64,000 bases of DNA from Pristiophorus japonicus (GCF_044704955.1 NC_091999.1:9920001-9984000), one strand, 5' to 3'; shown: positions 11,801 to 25,329, numbered from the stretch's first letter. Made by a program: numbers and translations. The notes: generated from the sequence alone by a model not told the origin.

Positions 11801-14800
11801 TGCAGTATAATGTGGACAAATGTGAGGTTATCCACTTTGGCGGCAAAAACACAAAGGCAGAATATTATCTGAATGGCGACAGATTAGGAAAAGGGGAGGT
11901 GCAACGAGATCTGGGTGTCATGGTACATCAGTCATTGAAAGTTGGGATGCAGATACAGCAGGCGGTGAAGAAGGCAAATGGTATGTTGGCCTTCATAGCT
12001 AGGGGATTTGAGTGTAGGAGTAGGGTGGTCTTACTGCAATTGTACAGAGCCTTGGTGAGGCCTCACTTGGAATATTGTGTTCAGTTTTGGCCTCCTAATC
12101 TGAGAAGGACGTTCTTGCTATAGAGGGAGTGCAGCGAAGGTTCACCAGACTGATTCCAGGGATGGCTGGACTGACATATGAGGAGAGACTGCATCAACTG
12201 GGCCTTTATACACTGGAGTTTAGAAGGATGAGAGGGGACCTCATAGAAACGTATAAGATTCTTATGGGACGGGACAGGTTAGATGCGGGAAGAATGTTCC
12301 CGATGTTGGTGAAGTCCAGAACCAGGGGACACAGTCTTAGGATAAAGGGTAGGCCATTTAGGACTGAGATGAGGAGACACTTCTTCAAGGAGAGAGTTGT
12401 TAACCTGTGGAATTCCCTGCCGCAGAGAGTTGTTCATGCCAGTTCAATGGACATATTCAAGTGGGAGTTAGATATGGCTCTTACGGCTAAAGGGATCAAG
12501 GGGTATGGAGAGAAAGCAGGAAAGGGGTACTGAGGCGAATGATCAGCCATGATGTTATTGAATGGCGGTGCAGACTCGAAGAGCCGAATGGCCTACTCCT
12601 GCCCCTATTTTCTATGTTTCTATGTCCTCCCTTCCCACATTCCCGTGACCAGCAACTTTTGGCATGGTTTTTGTGTCTTCCACTGTGAAGACCGAAGCAA
12701 AATAATTGTTTAAGGTCTCACCCATTTCCACATTTCCCATTATCAAATTCCCCTTCTCAAGTTCTAAGGGACCAACATTTACTTTAGTCACTCTTTTCCG
12801 TTTTATATATCGGTAAAAGCTTTTACTATCCGTTTTTATGTTTTGCGCAAGTTTACTTTTGTAATCAATCTTTTCGTTCTTTATTGCTTTCTTAGTCATT
12901 CTTTGCTGTCGTTTAAAATTTTCCCAATCTTCTAGTTTCACACGAACCTTGGCCACCTTATACGCATTGGTTTTTAATTCGATACTCTCCCTATTTCCTT
13001 GGTTATCCACGGCTGGATATCCCTTCTCTTACCACCTTTTTAACTGGGATATATTTTTGTTGAGCACTATGAAAGAGCTCCTTAAAAGTCCTCCACTGTT
13101 CCTCAATTGTGCCACAGTTTAGTCCTTGTTTCCAGTCTACTTTAGCCAACTCTGCCCTCATCGCACTGTAGTCCCCTTTGTTTACGCATAGTACGCTCGT
13201 TTGAGACACTACTTCCTCACCCTAAATCTGTATTACCAATTCAACTATACTGTGATCACTCAATCCGAGAGGATGTTTTACGAGGAGATCGTTTATTATT
13301 CCTGTCTCATTACACAGGACCAGATCTAAGATAGCTTGCTCCCTTGTAGGTTCTGTAACATACTGTTCTAAGAAACAATCCCGTATGCATTCTATGAATT
13401 ACTCCTCCAGGCTACCCCGTGCGATTTGATTTGACCAATCGATATGTAGGTTAAAATCCCCCATGATTACTGCTGTTCATTTTTCACAAGCCTCCATTAT
13501 TCCCTTGATTATTGCCCTCCTCACCGTGAAGTTATTATTTGGGGGCCGATAAACTACGCCGACCAGTGACTTTTTCCCCTTACTATCTCTAATCTCCACC
13601 CACAATGATTCAACACTTTGTTGATTAGAGCCAATATCGATTCTCACAACTGCCCTGATATCATCCTTTATTAACAGAGCTACCCCACCTCCTTTCCCTT
13701 CTTGTCTCTCTTTCAGAATTGTCAGATACCCCTGTATGTTTAATTTCCAGTCTTGGCTCCCCTGCAACCACGTTTCTGTAATGGCCACCAAATCATACCC
13801 ATTTGTAATGATTTGTGCAGTCAACTCATTTACTTTATTTCGAATGCTGCGTGCGTTTAGGTAGAGTGTTTTAATACTAGTTTTTAAACCATGATTTATA
13901 GTTTTGACCCCTCATGCAGCCCCTTTATATTCTTACATATTGTCCCTTCCTGTCACCTTGTGGTTTACACTTGCCCCAGTGCTACTCTGCTCTGTTGCCT
14001 CCTGCCTTTTGCATTCTTTCTTGGGGTCCTGTTCATCTGAGTTCTCACCCACTCTAACTAGCTCAGAGCCCTCTCCTGGGTTCTGAATACTCCTTGCATT
14101 GAGGCACCGAGCTTTCATGCTTGCCTTTTTATTACACTTTGACCTTTTAGAATTTTGTTGTACAGTGGCCCTTTCTGTTTTTTGCCTTGGGTTTCTCTGC
14201 TCTCCACTTTTATTTAACTCCTTTCGGTCTTTTGCTTTTGTCTCCATTTTGTTTCCCTCTGTCTCCCTGCATTGGTTCCCATCCCCCTGCCATATTAGTT
14301 TAACTCCTCCCGAACAGCACTAGCAAACACTCCCCCTAGGACATTGGTTCCGGTCCTGCCCAGGTGCAGACCGTCCGGTTTGTACTGGTCCCACCTTCCC
14401 CAGAACCGGTTTCAATGTTCCAGGAATTTGAATCCCTCCCTGTTGCACCACTGCTCAAGCCACGTATTCATCTGAGCTATTCTGCGATTCCTACTCTGTC
14501 TAGCTCGTGGCACTGGTAGCAATCCTGAGATTACTACTTTTGAGGTCCTACGTTTTAATTTAGCTCCTAGCTCCTTAAATGCGTCTCGTAGGGCCTCTTC
14601 CCTTTTTTTTTTACCTCTATCGTTGGTACCAATGTGCAACACGACAACTGGTTGTTCACCCTCCCTTTTCAGAATGTCCGGCACCCGCTCTGAGACATAC
14701 TTGATCCTTGCACCAGGGAGGCAACATACCATCCTGGAGTCTCGGTTGCGGCCGCAGAAACGCCTATCCATTCCCCTTACGATTGAACCCCCTATTACTA

Positions 14801-15480
14801 TCGCTCTCCCACTCTTTTTCCTGTCCTCCTGTGCAGCAGAGCCAGGTGCCATGAACTTGGCTGCTGCTGCCCTCCCCGGATGAGTCATCCCCCCTCAACA
14901 GTACTCAAAGCGGTGTATCTGTTTTGCAGGGCGATGACCGCAGGGGACCCCTGCACTACCTTCCTTGCACTGCTCTTCCTGCTGGTCTTCCATTTCCTAG
15001 CTGGCTGTGGATCCTTCAGCTGCGGTAAGACCAACTTGCTACACGTGCTACTCACGTCATTCTCAGCATCGTGGATGCTCCAGAGTGAATCTACCCTCAG
15101 GACCGTCAGGAGCTGGAGGCAGAAACACTTCCCGCAGATGTAGTCGTCGGGGACATCGGAAGTCCCTGAGTTCCCACATGGTACAGGAGGAGCATATCAC
15201 GTGACCGAGCTGTCCTGCCATGACTTAACCCTTAGATACACTTAAATTGGCAACAACAATGCTAATGTTTACTCGCTGTTATAGAAAAAAAAAAGAAAAA
15301 GTACTCACCAATCACCAGCCAAGCACTTACCCCATTGGCTGTGACGTCAACTTTCTATTTCTTTCTACTTCTTTTTTGCCTTCTCCCTGTAGCAGCAGAA
15401 GCCACACCTCTCCACGCACCTCCTCGACGCTGGGCCCCGGACTCCCTGCTGTGCCTTTTATAGGCCTCTCACCGAAGTCC
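8880..15480 (-). mobile_element. Host CR1 LINE (ORF1 esterase, APE endonuclease and RT), interrupted at 9560-12621
   Basis: ORF1 SGNH motif (IGGSIVR...HIGTND) at 14412-14888; EN motif VAITETW; ORF2 reads ...GREDIET / ITVTRGVVLDRLMG across the insertion. Confidence 0.85.
9560..12621. mobile_element. Nested CR1 with an inverted 5' part (minus, 9560-11443) and a direct 3' part with tail (plus, 11478-12621)
   Basis: EN and N-terminal RT on the minus strand; FADDTKL, C-terminus and (TTCTATGT) tail on the plus strand. Confidence 0.85.
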
Positions 15481-15596
15481 CGACTGCCTCTCCAAGCATC
15501 TCCTCGCCATGTGTCTGTAATCCGACCATGTTCCGTTTTTTGTCTCGTTCTCTCTGTGCTCTGTATCACTGCCTAGGGAAAACCCGACCATGATCA

Positions 15597-15635
15597 GGTT
15601 TTTGTACGGCTCTCTCTGTGCTTTATATCATTGTG
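15597..15635 (-). other. 23-bp RSS
   Basis: Minus strand: CACAATG + 23 nt + ACAAAAACC. Confidence 0.9.
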
Positions 15636-15780
15636 GTGTGAGCCGCCTCAGTGCACAGTAATACATAGCGAAGTCACTCAGTTGCAGTTTTGCAATGGTT
15701 AACCAGCTGATCTTCTTGGCAGGATCAATAGAAGCAGAAATTCGGCAACCGGCGACGTTTTCTTCATTCCCCTCTCCTGT
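15636..15780 (-). pseudogene. 3' half of a NAR-TCR supporting-type V-delta, truncated by a LINE
   Basis: GEGNEENVAGCRISASIDPAKKISWLTIAKLQLSDFAMYYCALRRLT, a close paralogue of 50166-50460. The 5' half is replaced by a LINE. Confidence 0.85.
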
Positions 15781-16640
15781 CAGGATGGTGTGTGACTTGT
15801 AGGGGTTCTTGGAGGTGGTGGTGTTGCCATGCGACTGTGTCCTTTTCCTAATAGGTGCTCGAAGTGTGGGGTTGTGAGGTGCTGCCGAAGACGCTTCGTT
15901 GGGTTGCTGCAGTGCAACATGTAGATGGTAGACACTGCAGCCACGGTGCACCATTGGTGGATGGAGTGAATTTTGAAGGTGGTGGATGGGTTGGCAATCA
16001 TGCGGGCTGTTATGTACAGTATGTTGTCGAGCTTCTTGAGTGTTGCTGGAGAGGCATTCTTCCAAACAAGTGGAGAGTATTCCATCACACTCCTGACTTG
16101 TGCCTTATAGTTGATGGAGAGGCTTTGTGGAGTCAAGAGGTGAAACACGCGTCGCAGAATAGCCAGCTTCTGACCTGCTCTTGTTGCTACAGTGTTTCTG
16201 GGGCTAGTCTATTTAAATTTCTGGTCAATGTTGACGCCGAGGACTTTGCTGGTGGAAGCTCAGCGATAGTAATACCTTTGAATATCAAGTGGAATTGGTT
16301 AGATTCCTGCTTGTTAGAGATAGCATTGCCTAACAATCGTGTCGTTTGAATGTTACTTGCCGTATGACAGCCCAAGCCTGAATATCTTGCAGGTATTGTT
16401 GCATGTGGCATGGACTGCTCCTTTATCTGTGGAGTTGGGATAGCACTGAACACTGTGCAGTCATCAGCGACCATCCCACTTCAGACCTTATGATGGAGGG
16501 AAGATCATTGATGAAGCAGCTGAAGATGATTGGGCCTAGGACATTGCCCTGAGGAACACTTGCAGTGATGTACTGGAGCTGTGATGATTGATCTTAAACC
16601 ACCACAGCCAATTTCCTTTGTTCTATGTCTATCTCCAGTC
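15780..16640 (-). mobile_element. CR1/L2-group LINE RT fragment
   Basis: ADDCTVF (YADD-like) and KAQVRSVMEYSPL. Confidence 0.8.
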
Positions 16641-16995
16641 CGAATCGGTCACACTGAGTCATTGTTGATTCTCTGCCGGCAAGTGACGGCTCAGCGAGAG
16701 CATTAACTTCATTCTCGTTGTATCTTTCATGTTTAAACTCAGCTAGCTGCTGCATGCAATAGTTTTACTCTGGTCGCTATTTCTAAGGAAAGAGTGGACG
16801 CATTCTAAAATAATAAGCTAGCGATTTCGTTAAAACAGCTTTCAGCTGAGATTTCCACTGACAGATCAGAGGAAAGTTTCCCCTTGTGTGCCCCAGCTGA
16901 AGGTTAATCAAACTCATCACGTGTCAACCATTTCAGTCTGATTAGTGAATGTGAGTGAGATAAATTGAACATCTTTATCTTCTTGATGGCCATTG

Positions 16996-19900
16996 AAACA
17001 TAGAAACATAGAAAATAGGTGCAGGAGCAGGCCATTCAGCCCTTCTCGCCTGCACCGCCATTCAATGAGTTCATGGCTAAACATGCAACTTCAGTACCCC
17101 CTTCCTACTTTCACGCCATACCCCTTGATCCCCCGAGTAGTAAGAACTTCATCTAACTCCCTTTTGAATATATTTAGTGAATTGGCCTCAACTACTTTCT
17201 GTGGTAGAGAATTCCACAGGTTCACCACTCTCTGGGTGAAGAAGTTTCTCCTTATCTCGGTCCTAAATGGCTTACCCCTTATCCTTAGATTGTGACCTCT
17301 GGTTCTGGACTTCCCCAACATTGGGAACATTCTTCCTGCATCCAACTTGTCCAAACCCGTCAGAATTTTAAACGTTTCTATGAGGTCCCCTCTCACTCTT
17401 CTGAACTCTAGTGAATACAAGCCCAGTTGATCCAGTCTTTCTTGATAGGTCAGTCACACCATCCCGGGAGTCAGTCTGGTGAATCCTCGCTGCACTCCCT
17501 CAATAGCAAGAATGTTCTTCCTCAAGTTAGGAGACCATAACTGTACCCAATACTCCAGGTGTGGCCTCACCAAGGCCCTGTACAACTGTAGCAACACCTC
17601 CCTGCCCCTGTATTCAAATCCCCTCGCTATGAAGGCCAACATGCCATTTGCTTTCTTAACCGCCTGCTGTACCTGCATGCCAACCTTCAATGACTGATGT
17701 ACCATGACACCCAGGTCTCGTTGCACCTTCCCTTTTCCTAATCTGTCACCATTCAGATAATAGTCTGTCTCTCTGTTTTTACCACCAAAGTGGATAACCT
17801 CACATTTATCCACATTATACTTCATCTGCCACGCATTTGCCCACTCACCTTACCTATCCAAGTCACTCTGCAGCCTCATAGCATCCTCCTCGCAGCTCAC
17901 ACTGCCACCCAACTTAGTGTCATCCGCAAATTTGGAGATACTACATTTAATCCCCTCGTCTAAATCATTAATGTACAATGTAAACAACTGGGGCCCCAGC
18001 ACAGAACCCTGCGGTACCCCACTAGTCACTGCCTGCCATTCCGAAAAGTCCCCATTTACTCCTACTCTTTGCTTCCTGTCTGACAACCAGTTCTCAATCC
18101 ACGTCAGCACACTACCCCCAATCCCATGTGCTTTAACTTTGCACATTAATCTCCTGTGTGGGACCTTGTCGAAAGCCTTCTGTAAGTCCAAATATACCAC
18201 ATCAACTGGTACTCCTTTGTCCACTTTATTGGAAACATCCTCAAAAAATTCCAGAAGATTTGTCAAGCATGATCTCCCTTCCACAAATCCATGCTGACTT
18301 GGACCTATCATGTCACCATTTTCCAAATGCGCTGCTATGACATCCTTAATAATTGATTCCATCATTTTACCCACTACTGATGTCAGGCTGACCGGTCTAT
18401 AATTCCCTGCTTTCTCTCTCCCTCCTCTTTTAAAAAGTGAGGTTACATTGGCTACCCTCCACTCGATAGGAACTGATCCAGAGTCAATGGAATGTTGGAA
18501 AATGAATGTCAATGCATCCGCTATTTCCAAGGCCACCTCCTTAAGTACTCTGGGATGCAGTCCATTAGGCCCTGGGGATTTATCGGCCTTCAATCCCATC
18601 AATTTCCCCAACACAATTTCCCGACTAATAAAGATTTCCCTCAGTTCCTCCTCATTACTAGACCCTCTGACCACTTTTATATCCGAAAGTTTGTTTGTGT
18701 CCTCCTTAGTGAATACTGAACCAAAGTACTTGTTCAATTGGTCTGCCATTTCTTTGTTCCCCGTTATGACTTCCCCTGATTCTGACTGCAGGGGACCTAC
18801 GTTTGTCTTTACTAACCTTTTTCTCTTTACATACGTATAGAAACTTTTGCAATCCGCCTTAATGTTCCCTGCAAGCTTCTTCTCGTACTCCATTTTCCCT
18901 GCCCGAATCAAACGCTTTGTCCTCCTCTGCTGAGTTCTAAATTTCTCCCAGTCCCCAGGTTCGCTGCTATTTCTGGCCAATTTGTATGCCATTTCCTTGG
19001 CTTTAATACTATCCCTGATTTCCCTAGATGGCCACGGTTGAGCCACCTTCCCTTTTTTATTTTTACGCCAGACAGGAATGTACAATTGTTGTAATTCATC
19101 CATGCGGTCTCTAAATGTCTGCCATTGCCCATCCACAGTCAACCCCTTAAGTATCATTAGCCAATCTATCTTAGCCAATTCATGCCTCATACCTTCAAAG
19201 TTACCCTTCTTTAAGTTCTGGACCATGGTCTCTGAATTAACTGTTTCATTCTCCATCCTAATGCAGAATTCCACCATATTATGGTCACTCTTCCCCAAGG
19301 GGCCTCGCACAATGAGATTGCTAATTAATCCTCTCTCATTACACAACACCCAGTCTAAGATGGCCTCCACTCTAGTTGGTTCCTCGACATATTGGTCTAG
19401 AAAACCATCCCTTATGCACTCCAGGAAATCCTCCTCCATCGTATTGCTTCCAGTTTGGCTGGCCCAATCTATGTGCATATTAAAGTCACCCATTATAACT
19501 GCTGAACCTTTATTGCATGCACTCCTAATTTCCTGTTTGATGCCCTCCCCAACATCACTACTACTGTTTGGAGAACTGTACACAACTCCCACTAACGATT
19601 TTTGACCTTTAGTGTTCTGCAGCTCTACCCATATAGATTCCACATCATCCAAGCTAATGTCTTTCCTAACTATTGCATTAATCTCCTCTTTAACCAGCAA
19701 TGCTACCCCACCTCCTTTTCCTTTTATTCTACCCTTCCTGAATGTTGAATACCCCTGGATGTTGAGTTCCCAGCCCTGATCATCCTGGAGCCACGTCTCT
19801 GTAATCCCAATCACATCATATTTGTTAACATCTATTTGCACTGTTAATTCATCCACCTTATTGCGGATACTCATTGCATTAAGACACAAAACCTTCAGGC

Positions 19901-20045
19901 TTGCTTTTTTAACACCCTTTGTCCTTTTAGAATTTTGCTGTACAGTGGCCCTTTTTGTTCTTTGCCTTGGGTTTCTCTGCCCTCCACTTTTCCTCATCTC
20001 CTTTCTGTCTTTTGCTTTTGCCTCATTTTTGTCTCCCTCTGTCTC
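16996..20045 (-). mobile_element. Young CR1 LINE with a near-intact ORF2 (755-aa EN and RT ORF)
   Basis: [34 protein letters not shown] and FADDTKL motifs; (CATAGAAA) tail at 16996. Confidence 0.95.
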
Positions 20046-20229
20046 CGTGTTGGTGTGCGCCCTTCTGCTCACCATCCTTCCATAAATGGCGTTCCGTATG
20101 ATGATGTCCAGATTCATCAGCTGCGAGATGCTGGTAGGAGCAAATCAGCAGGTCGTTTCCTTGTCTAGGTCTGACCCGAAGCCATGCGACTTCATTATGT
20201 TTACGCACAGCGTTGCGGACTCCCAGGGA

Positions 20230-20545
20230 CTCTATCGTTCTCTATCTTGAATATACTCAACGATGGATCGTCAAAAACGCTCTGGGCTAGGGAATTGAAA
20301 AGATTTACCACCCTCTGAATGAAGAAATTTCACTTCCTCTCAGTCCTGAATGGCCGATCCCTTATCCTCAGACTGTGATTCCTGATTCTAGGCTCCCCAG
20401 ACAGGGGAAATATTCTCCATCCATCTACCCTGTCCAGCCCTGCAAGAATTATGTATGTTTCATTGAGATCTCCTGACATTTTTCTAAACTCTAAAGAATA
20501 TTGGCCTATTCTAATCAATGTCTTTTCAGGGGACAATCCCCCCAT
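20230..20545 (-). mobile_element. CR1 3' fragment
   Basis: YSLEFRKMSGDLNETY...HSLRIRDRPFRTE. Confidence 0.75.
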
Positions 20546-20934
20546 CACAGCAATATGTATGGAGAACTTCCGTAGTATTTTCTCTGTGGCAAGCCCTCCA
20601 ATCTCCCGCTGTCCTCCGATCTCTCGCTGCCCTTCGATCTCCCACTGTTTTCTGACCTCTCGTTCTTCTCCGACCGCTTGCAGTCCTCCAACCTCCTGCT
20701 GTCCTCTGATCGCCGCTGTCCTCCGACCGCTTCTGGGCTTGGACCCCGCCGCTGGGCTCGATTTCGCACCAAGATTCACCAAACAACCCGCCACCTGGAA
20801 TGCGGTGACATCCTGTTCATCGCTCGCTTTGCCTTAGTCGCACAGTCAAGCTGTCTCGAGCTGCTCCCTGTGGTGATCAGCTCCTGCTGACGCTGTGTTG
20901 GGTCCTGGGGCTGTCCTCTGACAAATGGAAACGT

Positions 20935-22450
20935 CACCTCAAGAATCCTCCTGAATAGCCTTCTTTCTGTGGCTCAAGAACTCCTCCCAGTGTCGCAATG
21001 CAGATTCTGCCAACTAGGGGGGCAAAATGGACAATATCTTTGCACGGCAAATACAAGAGAAATGCAGGGAACAGCAACAACCACTGTACATGGCCTTCTT
21101 CGACCTCACAAAAACCTTCGACACTACCATCCATGAGGGATTATGGAGTGTCCACCTTAGATTTGGCTGCCCTCAAAAGATTGTCACCATTCTCCTCCTG
21201 CTGCATGATGACATGCAAGCCTTGATCCTGACCAATGGATCCACCACAGACCCATTCCACGTTCCGAACGGGGTCAAGCAAGGCTGTGTCATCACACCAA
21301 CGCTCTTCTTTATCTTCTTGCTGCAATGCTCCATCTCACCGTCGGAAAGCTCCCCGCTGGAGTGGACATAAATTACAGGACAAACGGGAATCTGTTCAGT
21401 CTTCGCTGCCTCAAGGTCAGATCCAAGGTCGTCCCATCCTCCATCATTGAATTAAAGTAGCAGACATGCTTGCATCTGTGCAAATTCGGAGGCCAAACAC
21501 CAAGCCGTCATCAACACCTTCATTGAGGCATTCAAGTGCATGGGCCTTTCACTAAACATCCGTAGGACAAAGGTCCTCTCGCATCCTGCCCCCGCCACAC
21601 AGCACTGCCCCCCCGCCCCCGCCCCCCGGTTATCAAAATCCATGATGAGGCCTTGGACAACGTGAACCATTTTCCATACTCGGAAGCCTAATGTCAACAA
21701 GGGCAGACATCGACGACGAGGTACAACACCGCCTTCAGTGTACCAGTACAGCTTTCGCTCGCCTGAGGAAGAGAGTGTTTGAAGACCAGGACATCAAACC
21801 CAGCAGCACATTCATGGTCTACAGAGAATTGGTGATAATCGCCGTCCTATATGGTTCAAGGACATGGGCTATGTACAGCAGGCACCTCAAAACACTGGAG
21901 AACTACCACCAATACTGCCTCCGCAAGATCCTGTAAATCCATTGGCAGGATAGGCACACCGATGTCAGTGTCCTCGCTCAGGCCACTATCCACAACACGC
22001 TCGATCAGCTCCGCTGGACAGGCCACATTGCCCGCATGCCTGTCACGAGACTGCCAAAGCAAGCGCTCTACTCAGAGCGCCGACACCAAGTGAGCCCAAG
22101 GTCGGCAGAGGAAACACTTCAAGAACAGCCTCAAGGCCTTATTGAAAAATGTAATCCCCATTGACACCTGGGAATCCCTGGCCTGAGTCCACCGAAAGTG
22201 GAGGAAAAGGATCCGGGAAGAGGCAGAACTTCTCGAGTCTCTTCACCAAGCAAACTGAAACCAAGCATCGACAACAGATGGAGCGCATGGCAACCCAGGC
22301 ACGTCACCCACCTGTTCCTTCACCCACCGTTTGCCAAACCTATGTCAGAGACTGTAGATCCAGAATTGGACTCTTCAATCACCTGAGGCCTAATTTCTCG
22401 TGTGGAAGCAAGTCCCTCTCATCTCCGAAAGACTGCCTATGATGCTGATG
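20935..22450 (+). mobile_element. RTE-clade LINE (5' truncated)
   Basis: RQIQEKCREQQQPLYMAFFDLTKTFD, GVKQGCV, DDEVQHRL; short GAT-type tail. Confidence 0.85.
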
Positions 22451-22454
22451 GCAA

Positions 22455-23025
22455 GTATACCCATCCTTACGTAAGGATACAAAAACTGTTCACAATTCTC
22501 CAGATGTGGTCTCACCAGGCCATATATAACTGCATTAAGACATCCTTTACTCTTATACTCCAATCCTGTATAATAAAGGCCAACATACAATGGTCTTTCT
22601 TAATCGTTTGCTGCACCTGCATGTTAACTTTCAATGATTCCTGCACAGGGACACGAAGGTCACGGTTAACACCAACATGACTCCATGATCGGATCAGCCA
22701 TGATCGTATTAAATGGTGGAGCAGGCTAGGTGGCCAGTATGGCTTATGCCTGCTCCTATTTCTTATTTATTATTTCCCAATCTCTCACCATTTAGAAGTA
22801 CTCTGCTTTCATATTTCCTCCCAAAGTGGATAACTTCACACTTCTCGAAATTACATTCAATTTGCTTAGATCTTGCTCGCACACTTAACCTATCGGTATC
22901 GACTTCAAGACTCTTTGCATCCTCCTCATAACGTACATTCCTATCTAGCTTTGTATCATCAACAAACTTGGATACATCACATTTGGTAACCTCATTCAAA
23001 TCATTGATATAGATTGTGAATAGAT
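22455..23025 (-). mobile_element. CR1 RT fragment
   Basis: SKFVDDTKL...KCEVIHFG; LVRPHLE. Confidence 0.75.
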
Positions 23026-23319
23026 GCAGACATGGGGTATGTTAACTGATAGGCATGGTTCTGTGATTTTGTTTATGCGAGGCTTCGAATTCCTCCCAAG
23101 AGTTTCATGTAAAGTGTCGGTGTTTAAAGGATATTTGTGTGATTCGGGAATATTTTATGCAGTTTCCTTTGATTCCTTTGTGTTAACCCTTTTCTCCTTT
23201 CACTTTTCTTCCCCACTATAAATCACCATGACATGTCTACCTGGGTAGAAACCAGTTGTTGATGTTCTTGTTCTAGTAACTGCAATAAAATATACCCTGG
23301 TAATTAAATAGCTGGATTG

Positions 23320-23540
23320 AGGAGCAGGCAGTGTAATCTAAGTGGCCCTGGGAGTGAAATTCGTGGAATATGGAGGGAGATGTGTCATCTAGGTGGCACT
23401 GACAGTGAAATTCCTAGACTTTGTGGGGAGCAGTGTAATCTAGGCGGCCCTATGACTGAGATACCTGGACTGAGGTGGCCGCAGTGTAACCACGGCGGCC
23501 CTGGGAATGAAATTCTGGACTGAGGCTGGAGCAGCGTCAT
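23320..23540. repeat. ~44-bp minisatellite, about 5 copies
   Basis: Repeated GCAGTGTAATCTAGGCGGCCCTGGGAGTGAAATTCCTGGACTGAG-like unit. Confidence 0.75.
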
Positions 23541-24074
23541 CATAAAATCTTAGAGTAATACAACCTAGAATTAGGCCATTCAGCTCATCTTGTCTATGCC
23601 GGCTCTTTCGAAAAGCAGTGCGGTTAGCTCCATGCTCTGCTCTTTCCCGACATCCCTCTGATTATTTTCCTTTAATTATTGATCCAGTATCCCTTCGAAG
23701 GCTGTTATACAATCTGTTTCCACCACTCTATCAGGCAGTGTATTCCAAATCCTAACCACTCGTTGCACTAAAACGTTTTTCCTCATGTCGCCTCTGGTTC
23801 TGATCCCAATCCCCTTAAATACGTGTTGTCTGGTTATTGACTATTCCGCTATTCATAGTAGTACATCATTATATACTCTATATAAACCCTAAATGATATC
23901 AAAAACATATATCAAATTTCCTCTTGGCCTTTTCTGCCCCGAGGAGAACAAATCCAGATCTCCAGGCTATCCACGTGATTTAGCCATGTTCTGTGTGATA
24001 TGTTACAAATTATACCACCGCTGGCATGTGCGTATTGTGGCGGTTTTTAAAATTTTCATTATTATTATTGAACC

Positions 24075-24505
24075 AATTGGCTCAGTGGCAGCACTCGCAC
24101 TGCTGATTCAGAATTTTGTGGGTTCAAGTCCGATTCCAGGAGACTGCAACTCAAAATCTAGGCCTCCATAACTGAGGGGGAGCAGCACTGTCGGATTTCC
24201 GATAACACGCAAAACCGAGGCCCCTTCTGCTCTCTCAGATGGAGGTAAAAGGTCCCACGGCATTATCTGGATGACGGGCAGATGTGTTCTTCCTGGCATC
24301 CTGTACAATATTTATCCCTCACCCAACATTATTGAAAAACAGATAATCTCGTCATTATCACATTGCTCTTTGTGGGACCTTGCTGTACCCAAAGTGGTTG
24401 CAGTGCTTTCTAAATTACAAAAGTGACTACTGTTAATTTGATGTAAGGATCCTTGGGATGTCCTGAGGTCTCGAAAAGCGCTATAGAAATGCTGGTCTTT
24501 CTTTT
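24075..24505 (+). mobile_element. Deu-domain SINE (SacSINE1-like)
   Basis: A box TGGCTCAGTGG, B box GGTTCAAGTCC, Deu core, and a 3' end ...GCGCTATAGAAATGC...TCTTTCTTT. Confidence 0.8.
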
Positions 24506-25329
24506 CGTTTTACAATTATTAATAATATTATTATTATCCATCTCAGGATGTTCTACTTCGCTGTTGCATTACAGACTTGTTCCCTTTCCCCGACTCTCTT
24601 ACTGACAGCCGTTGGACGGTTGGTGGAATCTCTCTCCTGTTTCCGGTTGCAGTATTTTCGAGAAATGAGTCTGTCTCCAGTGCAGAAAAGCACTGAGCAC
24701 ATCTCTGGTGGGGAATTTCACATCGCCGTGACCATGGCACCAGGAGCTGTGTTGTCTCAGCTGTACAACAACAATGACCTTAGAATTACCATATTGAGAG
24801 CCTTGAATAACGAAGCTTATAACTACTTTCTCTGCTGTCTCGGCGAAGGAGTGAGATCGCTTCCTTTAATTGGCTTATCACGTCGGTACATTTAAAAGAG
24901 CCCTCTGAAGCTAATGCAGTAAGTAACTCATAAAATAGAATCCCATCATGCAGTTTCTGCACCCTGACTTATAACTGAGGTATTTGCCTCAGTGTGCAGG
25001 GCAATTTCCTCAACTGCGCCTTTTGGTCATTTCACTTCCTGTTTAATTCAGAACAGCATATGCAGTGACCACTCCTTTTCCATGAAGGAGCGATAGTTGC
25101 CGATACGATCCGATGGACGGACCCACCACACATATACTACTTTTCAAACAGCGGATTATTTAGTGGAGTGTCAACAGTTCGCTTTCATTTCACCTTTTAG
25201 AGAAGTTCAAAGTCGGGGACAGAATCTGATTCTGAGGGAACAAACTGCCAAAATATCAAAGGATTTCAGGGCTTTGATTGTGATTCTTGTTGTGAGGCTT
25301 ACTGAAACGTTTCGCTGGCATTAAAATAC

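Noticed and set aside
24548-24895. 115-aa ORF with a faint FR3-like end (LRITI...YFLC)
   Set aside because: No Cys23/Trp41 pattern and no RSS.
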